Position numbers and translations under genes: made by a program
Source: an uncultured Aliarcobacter sp.
GTDB lineage: Bacteria; Campylobacterota; Campylobacteria; Campylobacterales; Arcobacteraceae
Direction of reading: 5' to 3'
Assembly (NCBI GenBank): GCA_963664305.2
Contig: CAXXLV010000001.1
Location: forward strand, 160,001 to 224,000
Length of the DNA: 64,000 nucleotides
Notes under the pieces: model-generated
Databases searched by the model: none
Told to the model about the DNA's origin: nothing
The model's input: the letters and a program-made list of their open reading frames with translations, nothing else
Shown: positions 56,799 to 64,000 of the stretch, in pieces
Numbering within the stretch: the first letter of the stretch is position 1
Layout: each line of letters starts with the position of its first letter

Positions 56799-57929
56799 AT
56801 GACTTCTGCAATAGATTTATCTAAATTAACAGCAAATGATGATTTAACACCAATTTTAGGTGGATATTGGCCTGGTATCCAAATTTATTACCCACCAATT
56901 AAATTCAATCCATTAGATGGAACATATGAGAGTATGGAACAAGCAAAACTAAGATTACAAAAACACGCTTATAAAACAAAAGCTCATACTGTATTATTTG
57001 ACTTAGAAGATGGATGTAGACAAAAAGCTATGTCAAGAGAATTATTAATTCAAGAGTTACCAAAATTTCCTGAAAGAAATTTTCAAATAGCTGTAAGAAT
57101 AAATCCATTCAGAACTGATGAGTATGAAGAAGATTTAAAAATGTTAAAACAAATTCACCAATATATAGATGTTATCGTTTTAGCAAAAGCTGGAGAAGTT
57201 TATGGTTCAGCTGAAATCAGAGATTTATCTTCTTGGTTAGTATCTATTGGAAGTAAATTAACTATTCAACCAATCGTAGAGCATCCAAAATCTTTACAAA
57301 TTGCTGATAGATTAATGGAACATTCAACTGTTAAACACATCGTATTTGGTATTCACGATTTTTCAAAAGCAATGGCTTATAAAATCACACCAAAAGGATG
57401 GATTGATGAATTAGAAACTTTCTTTAATATGCTTACAATGGAAGCAAGAATTAAAGGGAAAGGAGTTATCGGAGGAGTTGAAGTTATGTTAACACCTCAT
57501 TCATTACCAGATTCTTGTGTTGAGAAAAAAGATATTAGAAGATGGTTAGATTTACATGGTGACGAAGCTAGTAGACATGTTTATGCTCATGCAATCAGAG
57601 AAAATGCAATGGGATTAACTGGAAAACAAGTTATTACTCCAAATCATATTAATGTTTGTAAAGTTGCATTTACACCAAGTCCAAATGAAATTGCAAAAGA
57701 TGTTTCTATCTTAAAAGCTGCAATTGATGCTGATGCATTATTAAGTGGAGCTATTAGATATGAAGGTGAGATGTTAGATCCACCAATGTTCGGTAAATCT
57801 CTACAAAATATCTTAAGAGCTTATGCTTTAAGAAGTTTAGAAAAAGAAGATGAACTATTTGCATTATCTGTATTAAATAGAATGCCAATTCATACGTTTA
57901 AAGAAAACTGGCCATACGGTCAACTGTAA
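56799..57929 (+). CDS. CitE/malyl-CoA lyase superfamily (HpcH/HpaI aldolase) protein
   Basis: LFDLEDG, VRINP, IVEHP, FGIHDF, GLTGKQVITP, FTPS, EMLDPP. Confidence 0.8.
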   Translation: MTSAIDLSKLTANDDLTPILGGYWPGIQIYYPPIKFNPLDGTYESMEQAKLRLQKHAYKTKAHTVLFDLEDGCRQKAMSRELLIQELPKFPERNFQIAVRINPFRTDEYEEDLKMLKQIHQYIDVIVLAKAGEVYGSAEIRDLSSWLVSIGSKLTIQPIVEHPKSLQIADRLMEHSTVKHIVFGIHDFSKAMAYKITPKGWIDELETFFNMLTMEARIKGKGVIGGVEVMLTPHSLPDSCVEKKDIRRWLDLHGDEASRHVYAHAIRENAMGLTGKQVITPNHINVCKVAFTPSPNEIAKDVSILKAAIDADALLSGAIRYEGEMLDPPMFGKSLQNILRAYALRSLEKEDELFALSVLNRMPIHTFKENWPYGQL

Positions 57930-57948
57930 TTTCGTAAGGAGATTTATT

Positions 57949-60468
57949 ATGAGTGAAACAATTAAAATAGAAGTACCTGAATTTTTAAACATTGGGGTGG
58001 CTTGTACATCAGCACATGTTGGAACAGCAAAAGAAAACAATATTGCGATGGTTATTGAAGATGATAAACTAGGAACTGATGAAATAACTTATAAAGAGTT
58101 AGCAAAAAAATCTGACCAAGTTTGTAATTTCTTTACGGGAATTGGACTAGAGCCAAGAGATAGAGTATTAGTTTGTTTAAAAAACTCTTTAGCATACCCT
58201 ATTTCATTTTTTGGAACTATGAAAGCTGGAATTATTGCAGTACCTACTTCAACACTTTTAAGTGGTAGTGAAGTTAAATATCTTGCTGAAGATTCTCAAG
58301 CAAGAGCAATTGTATTAAGTGCTACTATGTATGAAAACTTAGTTCCATATTTAGAAAATTTAGATAATTTAAAAACTATAGTTGTTGCAGGAATTGATAG
58401 TGTTGAAAATCTTAAAAAACCAAAAGATATTAATGTTTATTCATTGAATGAAATTTTCAAAAATACAGATGCAACACCAAATCATTATAATTCAAAATCA
58501 GGTGAACCTGCGTATTTAGTATATACATCAGGAACAACTGGTTATCCAAAAGGTGTTTTACATTCACATAGATCACTAATTGGAAGAAAACCAGCAACTG
58601 ATTATTGGTTTGATTTTAAAGAAAATGACAGAATCATGCACTCTGGTAAATTTAACTGGACATATGTTTTAGGTTCAGCTTTAATGGATCCATTATTTAA
58701 TGGTCATACAGTTATTGCTTACGAAGGTGCAAATGATGCTTCAACTTGGATTGATTTAATTAAAAAACACCAATGTACAATTTTCATTGGAGTTCCAACA
58801 ATTTATAGACAAATTATCCAAAAAACAGATTTCACTCTTGATGATTGTCCATCATTAAGATATTGTATGTCTGCTGGAGAGCATTTATCAGATGAAATGT
58901 TAGGATTATGGAGAGATAGATTTAAACAAGATATTTTCGAAGCAATTGGAATGTCTGAGTGTTCTTATTATATTTCTCACTCTAAATATAATCCAATTAG
59001 ACCAGGAAGTGCAGGATTCCCACAACCAGGACATATCGTAAAACTTTTAGACCCTGAAACTTTAGAAGAAGTTGGAGTTGAAGAAGAAGGTATGATTTGT
59101 ATTGGTGAAGATGATCCAGGTTTATTCTTAGAATATTGGCAATTAGAAGAAGAAACTGCAAAATCAAGACATGATGGATACTTCTTTACAGGAGATTATG
59201 CAAGAAAGGATAAAGATGGATATATCTGGTTTATCGGAAGAAAAGATGATATTATCAATACTTTTGGATTTAGAGTATCTCCACATGAAATCGAAAGAGT
59301 TGTAAAAACTCATGATGCAGTTGCAGATTGTGTTGCATTTGGTTTAGATATCGGTAAAGATAAAACAATAGTTGCAATTGCAGTTATTGGACATGAAGAA
59401 TTAAGTGAAGAAAAACAAGCAGAAGTTTTAGCATTTGCTCAAGCAAATCTTGCAAAATATAAAGCTCCAAAAGAGATTTTTGCAATGACTGATTATCCAA
59501 GAACAAAAAATGGAAAAGTTCTAAGAAAACAACTTGTTAAACAATTACATGAACAATATCACGCAATTGAAACAGGAACAAAAGTTGTTGAGTATAAAGC
59601 AAGAAGATCAATGTTATTTGTTCCTCCATATAACAAAAATAATGTTGAAAAAGCAAAAACAGTTTTAGCTGATAGTGTTATTTTTGATTTAGAAGCAATT
59701 TTACAAGAGCAAAGAGAACCTGCTAGACAAACTATCAAAGAAGTTTACAAAGATAGCGGTGCTAAATTTGGAGAAAGTGAAAGAGTTTTAAGAATTAATA
59801 ATCTTGGAAGTGAAGATATTAAAAAAGATTTAGAATTAGCTAAAGAGATTGAAATTGATGGATTATTATTCTCTAAAATTCAATCTAAAGAGGATGTTTT
59901 AGAAGCAGTTAAATTAATTGAAGAAGTAAATCCTAATTTAACTTTAATGATTATGATTGAAACTCCATTATCAGTTTTAAATATTCATGAAATTTGTGCA
60001 GCTAGTCCTAAAGTTGAAGTTGTGGTTGTTGGTTCAAATAAACTTGCAAACAGACTTCAAATTGATATCAAAAAAGGTTCAAAAGCGATGTTTAATTACT
60101 TATCGCAAATTGCCTTAGCTTCAAAAGCATATGGAAAAACTGTAATTGATGGACCACACTTTGATGTTCATGATGAATTTGCTTGTGAAGATTCAACAAA
60201 AGATGCATTTAATTTAGGATTTGATGGTAAATCATTAATTCATCCAATTCAAATTGAATATATCAATGATATCTTTACTCCAAAACAATCTGAAGTTGAA
60301 GATTATGAAAATATGATTGCAAAATATGAAGAAGCAGCTAAAGAAGGAAAAGAAGTTATTTTACATAATAATAGATTAGTTGACTCTTCTAAAATTAAAT
60401 GGGCAAGAAAAATGATTACATTGTATGAAACATACAAATCATTAGGTCAAAATTTATTTGGTAAATAA
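57949..60468 (+). CDS. Acyl-CoA synthetase (AMP-forming) fused to a C-terminal CitE/Mcl2-like domain
   Basis: YTSGTTGYPKG, GMSE, TGD, GRKDD, PRTKNGK; then RRSMLFVP, IFDLE, LRIN, MIETP, GFDGKSLIHP. Confidence 0.85.
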   Translation: MSETIKIEVPEFLNIGVACTSAHVGTAKENNIAMVIEDDKLGTDEITYKELAKKSDQVCNFFTGIGLEPRDRVLVCLKNSLAYPISFFGTMKAGIIAVPTSTLLSGSEVKYLAEDSQARAIVLSATMYENLVPYLENLDNLKTIVVAGIDSVENLKKPKDINVYSLNEIFKNTDATPNHYNSKSGEPAYLVYTSGTTGYPKGVLHSHRSLIGRKPATDYWFDFKENDRIMHSGKFNWTYVLGSALMDPLFNGHTVIAYEGANDASTWIDLIKKHQCTIFIGVPTIYRQIIQKTDFTLDDCPSLRYCMSAGEHLSDEMLGLWRDRFKQDIFEAIGMSECSYYISHSKYNPIRPGSAGFPQPGHIVKLLDPETLEEVGVEEEGMICIGEDDPGLFLEYWQLEEETAKSRHDGYFFTGDYARKDKDGYIWFIGRKDDIINTFGFRVSPHEIERVVKTHDAVADCVAFGLDIGKDKTIVAIAVIGHEELSEEKQAEVLAFAQANLAKYKAPKEIFAMTDYPRTKNGKVLRKQLVKQLHEQYHAIETGTKVVEYKARRSMLFVPPYNKNNVEKAKTVLADSVIFDLEAILQEQREPARQTIKEVYKDSGAKFGESERVLRINNLGSEDIKKDLELAKEIEIDGLLFSKIQSKEDVLEAVKLIEEVNPNLTLMIMIETPLSVLNIHEICAASPKVEVVVVGSNKLANRLQIDIKKGSKAMFNYLSQIALASKAYGKTVIDGPHFDVHDEFACEDSTKDAFNLGFDGKSLIHPIQIEYINDIFTPKQSEVEDYENMIAKYEEAAKEGKEVILHNNRLVDSSKIKWARKMITLYETYKSLGQNLFGK

Positions 60469-60478
60469 GGAGTTTAAT

Positions 60479-61537
60479 TTGTCTAAAATAAATATGGGTA
60501 ATTTTTTTGAAGATTTTTCAATCGGTCAAAAAATAGTTCATCCACTTCCTAGAACAATAAGTGAAGGAGATGTATCTTTATACATCGCTTTCACTGGTTC
60601 TAGATTTGCTCTACACTCTTCTGATGTAGTGGCAAAGGAAATGGGATATGACAAAAGACCAATTGATGATATTTTAATGTTCCATTTAACATTTGGTAAA
60701 TCTGTACAAGATATCTCTTTAAATGCAATTGCAAATTTAGGATATGCAGAGATGGCTTTCCCAAATCCTGTATATGTTGGAGATACAGTTTCTATGACTT
60801 CAACAGTAATTGGATTAAAAGAGAATTCAAATGGAAAAAGTGGAGTTGTTTACGTTCACTCTATTGGTGTAAATCAAAATGGTGCTGTTGTACTTGATTT
60901 CAAAAGATGGGTAATGGTTCATAAAAAAGACCACTCTACTTTAAGTGGAGTTAATGAAGTTCCAACTTTTGCAAAAACAACACCTATTTCACAAATTAAT
61001 ATTCCAACTATTAAATGTGTTGATACAGATTCAACTGGTGGAAAATATTTCTTTGAAGATTATGTTGAAGGTGAAAGATTAGACCATCCAGAAGGAATTA
61101 CAGTAGATAATAGTGACCACACTTTAGCTACTAAGTTATATCAAAACAATGCTAAAGTACATTTCAATGACCATATGATGAAAAGCACACCAATGGGGCA
61201 AAGATTAATGTACGGTGGGATTATTATTTCAATGGCAAGAGCTATTTCATTTAATGGTTTACAAAATGCTCAATGGGTATGTGCTATAAATAGTGGAGCT
61301 CACGCAAACCCTACATATGCAGGTGATACTATTTATGCTTATACTGAAATTTTAGAAAAAATTGAAGTAAATAGAGATGATATTGGATTACTAAGAGTTA
61401 GAACAATTGGATTAAAAAATACTGAACCAAAAGAAGTTTTAAATCCAAAGAGTGAAGATGGTAAATATTTACCAAATGTTGTACTTGATTTAGATTACAC
61501 TATTGTAATTCCAAAAAAAGTTACTGAAAAAAAATAA
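60479..61537 (+). CDS. mch: Mesaconyl-CoA hydratase / beta-methylmalyl-CoA dehydratase homologue (double MaoC hotdog)
   Basis: GNFFEDF, PRT, FGKSVQDISLNAIANLGYAE, VIGLKENSNGKSGVV, RWVMV, YQNNAKVHF, YGG, SFNGL, GAHANPTYAGDT match Mch sequences as recalled. TTG start at 60479 after AAGGAG. Confidence 0.8.
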   Translation: MSKINMGNFFEDFSIGQKIVHPLPRTISEGDVSLYIAFTGSRFALHSSDVVAKEMGYDKRPIDDILMFHLTFGKSVQDISLNAIANLGYAEMAFPNPVYVGDTVSMTSTVIGLKENSNGKSGVVYVHSIGVNQNGAVVLDFKRWVMVHKKDHSTLSGVNEVPTFAKTTPISQINIPTIKCVDTDSTGGKYFFEDYVEGERLDHPEGITVDNSDHTLATKLYQNNAKVHFNDHMMKSTPMGQRLMYGGIIISMARAISFNGLQNAQWVCAINSGAHANPTYAGDTIYAYTEILEKIEVNRDDIGLLRVRTIGLKNTEPKEVLNPKSEDGKYLPNVVLDLDYTIVIPKKVTEKK

Positions 61538-61569
61538 AACAAATTTAATTTTAACAAAAAGGAAAAAAT

Positions 61570-62553
61570 ATGACACACCCAAGCGAAGCTTTATTTGAAA
61601 ATGGTAAATCTTTACCAATTATCCCTACTTGTGAACACTTTGCAGGAAGCGAAAAGCTAATCCTAAAAGGTTTTGAAATGCAAAAAAAATTAGGTCCAGT
61701 TTTTGATATTACTTGTGACTGTGAAGATGGTGCTGAAACTGGTAAAGAAGTTGAACATGCTCAAATGATTGTTAGAGTTGTTAATTCTGCAGAAAATCCT
61801 TATGCAATGGCTGGAACTAGAATTCATGACCATTCACACCCAGATTGGAGACAAGATGTTGATATTTTAGTTCCAGGTGCAGGAGAAAAATTAGCATATA
61901 TTACATTACCAAAATCAACTTGTTATGAAGATGCAAAAACTCAAATTGAATATATTCAAAAAGTGGCTAAAGAAGCTGGTATTTCAAGAGAAATTCCAAT
62001 TCACGTATTAATTGAAACTCATGGTGCATTACAAGATGTAGAAAAAATTGCTACATTACCTTGGTTACAAGTTTTAGATTTTGGATTAATGGACTTCGTT
62101 TCAGGATACCAAGGAGCAATTCCAGCTATTAATATGAGATCTCCAGGTCAATTTGATCATAGATTAATTGGTGCTGCAAAAGCAAGAGTTGCACAAGCAG
62201 CTATCCAAAATAAAGTTATTCCTGCACACAACGTAACATTAGATTTAAAAAACCCATACCAAACTTATAAAGATGCAGAAAGAGCAAGAAATGAGTTCGG
62301 ATTTATGAGAATGTGGTCAATTTACCCAACACAAGTACAAGCTATCGTTGATGCAATGAAACCAGACTTTACAGAATTAGAAGCTGCTCAAAACATTTTA
62401 ATTAAAGCACAAGATGCTGAGTGGGGACCAATCCAATATGATGGTGAATTACACGATAGAGCAACTTATAGATACTTCTGGGAATTAGTTCAAAGAGCTA
62501 AATTCTCTGGTGCTAAATTATTTGATGAAACTGAAAAAAGATTCTTCGCTTAA
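61570..62553 (+). CDS. CitE-like lyase (HpcH/HpaI family, type usually seen in Betaproteobacteria)
   Basis: CEHFAGSEKL, DCEDGA, RIHD, LIETHG, FGLMDF, MWSIYPTQ, LHDRATYRY. Confidence 0.82.
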   Translation: MTHPSEALFENGKSLPIIPTCEHFAGSEKLILKGFEMQKKLGPVFDITCDCEDGAETGKEVEHAQMIVRVVNSAENPYAMAGTRIHDHSHPDWRQDVDILVPGAGEKLAYITLPKSTCYEDAKTQIEYIQKVAKEAGISREIPIHVLIETHGALQDVEKIATLPWLQVLDFGLMDFVSGYQGAIPAINMRSPGQFDHRLIGAAKARVAQAAIQNKVIPAHNVTLDLKNPYQTYKDAERARNEFGFMRMWSIYPTQVQAIVDAMKPDFTELEAAQNILIKAQDAEWGPIQYDGELHDRATYRYFWELVQRAKFSGAKLFDETEKRFFA

Positions 62554-62565
62554 TATTTTAAACAT

Positions 62566-62590
62566 AAGCCCTTTGGGGGCTTTTGTTTCT
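62566..62590 (+). terminator. Intrinsic terminator closing the CitE operon
   Basis: AAGCCCT-TTG-GGGGCTT followed by a T-rich tail. Confidence 0.75.
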
Positions 62591-62700
62591 TTTCTAAACA
62601 AACAATTTCTACATAAATTTTTAGGTATATCAAAACTAAACACTTTTTATAAATATTCATATTTTTATTAGTTTAAAAAAGTCTATTTTCATAAGTGCAT

Positions 62701-62709
62701 TGGTATAAT
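62701..62709 (+). promoter_or_regulatory. Extended -10 promoter (TGGTATAAT) of the fumarase gene
   Basis: TGnTATAAT 30 bp upstream of ATG 62739. Confidence 0.65.
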
Positions 62710-62738
62710 AATTGAATTTCTAAGCAAAAAGGAAAAAA

Positions 62739-64000
62739 ATGAGCAAAAAAATTACAGAACAAGATATTATAGACTCAGTTGCTTCAGCATGTCAATATAT
62801 TTCGTTTTACCATCCAGAAGATTTCGTAAAAGGTATGGTTGAGGCGTATGAAAAAGAACAATCTGAATCAGCTAAAAATGCAATCGGACAAATTTTAATT
62901 AACTCTAAAATGTGTGCAATGGGTCACAGACCACTTTGCCAAGATACAGGAAGTGTTAATATTTTCGTAAGAGTTGGATTAAAAGCTAACTTAGACATTT
63001 CAAAAAATTTAGAAGATGTTTTAAATGAAGGTGTTGCAAAAGGTTATACTGACCCAGACAATACTTTAAGATATTCAGTTGTTGCTGATCCAGCAGGAAA
63101 AAGAACAAACACAAAAAATAATACTCCAGCAGTTATCCATGTTACAGTTGATAATTCTGATGAATTAGATATCACAGTTGCAGCTAAAGGTGGAGGTTCT
63201 GAGAACAAATCTAAATTTGCTGTATTAAATCCTTCTGATTCAGTTTATGACTGGGTTATGGCTAATGTAAGAGAAATGGGAGCTGGATGGTGTCCTCCAG
63301 GAATCTTAGGAATCGGAATTGGTGGAAATCCAGAAAAAGCAATGCTTTTAGCAAAAGAGTCTTTAATGGGTCATGTTGATATTCATGAACTACAAGCAAG
63401 AGGTCCTCAAAATGCTTTAGAAGAATTAAGATTAAAACTTTATGAAGATATCAATAAAGTTGGAATTGGTGCACAAGGTCTTGGAGGATTAACAACTGTT
63501 TTAGATGTTAAAATCTTAGATTACCCTTGTCACGCAGCTTCATTACCAGTAGCTATGATTCCAAACTGTGCAGCAACAAGACACATTCACTTTAAATTAA
63601 AAGGTGATGGACCAGCTGTATTTAAAAAACCATCTTTAGATTTATGGCCAGATATCAAACTTCCAATGGATACTATTAAAAGAGTAAATATTGCTGATTT
63701 AACTAAAGAAAACTTATCTCAATTTAAATCAGGAGATACTTTATTATTATCTGGAAAAATTTTAACAGCAAGAGATGCTGCTCACAAAAAAATCGTTGAG
63801 TACAAAAATGCGGGGAAACCACTTCCAAATGGTGTTGACTTAAAAGATAAATTTATCTACTACGTGGGACCTGTTGATCCAGTTAGAGATGAAGTAGTAG
63901 GACCTGCGGGACCAACAACATCTACAAGAATGGATAAATTTACTAAAGATATGATGGAAATTGGTATCATGGGTATGATTGGTAAAGCTGAAAGAAAACA
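62739..64000 (+). CDS. fumA: Class I (Fe-S) fumarate hydratase, runs off the right edge
   Basis: Not in the ORF track; hand translation MSKKITEQDIIDSVASACQYISFYHP..., with RPLCQDTG, KGGGSENKS, GWCPPG, GIGAQGLGG, PCHAAS, ARDAAH, GPTTSTRM. Confidence 0.93.
   Translation, partial: MSKKITEQDIIDSVASACQYISFYHPEDFVKGMVEAYEKEQSESAKNAIGQILINSKMCAMGHRPLCQDTGSVNIFVRVGLKANLDISKNLEDVLNEGVAKGYTDPDNTLRYSVVADPAGKRTNTKNNTPAVIHVTVDNSDELDITVAAKGGGSENKSKFAVLNPSDSVYDWVMANVREMGAGWCPPGILGIGIGGNPEKAMLLAKESLMGHVDIHELQARGPQNALEELRLKLYEDINKVGIGAQGLGGLTTVLDVKILDYPCHAASLPVAMIPNCAATRHIHFKLKGDGPAVFKKPSLDLWPDIKLPMDTIKRVNIADLTKENLSQFKSGDTLLLSGKILTARDAAHKKIVEYKNAGKPLPNGVDLKDKFIYYVGPVDPVRDEVVGPAGPTTSTRMDKFTKDMMEIGIMGMIGKAERK

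Overview
Low-GC chromosomal window from an Arcobacteraceae bacterium (Campylobacterota). The 16S carries the Arcobacter signature stretches TGCGCCACTTAGCTGACA and TTAGCATCCCCGCTTCGA, and the spacer order is 16S-Ile-Ala-23S-5S. Four blocks are present. (1) 1-22.5 kb, minus strand: a surface-glycan operon that runs off the left edge. It encodes galE, a WbpP/WbpO/WbpB/WbpD/WbpE diamino-uronate pathway, an OafA-like acyltransferase, a PglK/Wzk-type ABC flippase, and a pseudaminic-acid module. That module is unusual: a NeuB-like/cytidylyltransferase fusion, and a formyltransferase plus an SGNH protein in the position where PseH usually sits. A candidate Pse-transferase, an amidotransferase and GT4 enzymes follow. 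(2) 23.0-26.1 kb: relaxase, MobC and a winged-HTH gene with no integrase. They lie next to a duplicated 3' half of tRNA(CAT), which is flanked by paired TGTAC repeats, followed by the intact tRNA(CAT) and tRNA-Ser. This looks like the end of a mobilisable island or island remnant that may carry the glycan locus. (3) 26-56.5 kb: mostly housekeeping genes (pyrF, nusB, ribH, kdsA, murA, tlyA, ribF, cmoA, bcp, clpAS, bioD), an orphan secretin, a miniature LapA-like T1SS protein and a full rRNA operon. (4) 56.8-64 kb: a four-gene operon with three CitE-superfamily domains (one fused to an acyl-CoA ligase and lacking its metal-ligand Asp) and a clear mesaconyl-CoA hydratase homologue, directly followed by a class I fumarase. 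This suggests an undescribed C4/C5-dicarboxylyl-CoA pathway. All calls come from reading motifs by eye; no searches were run.
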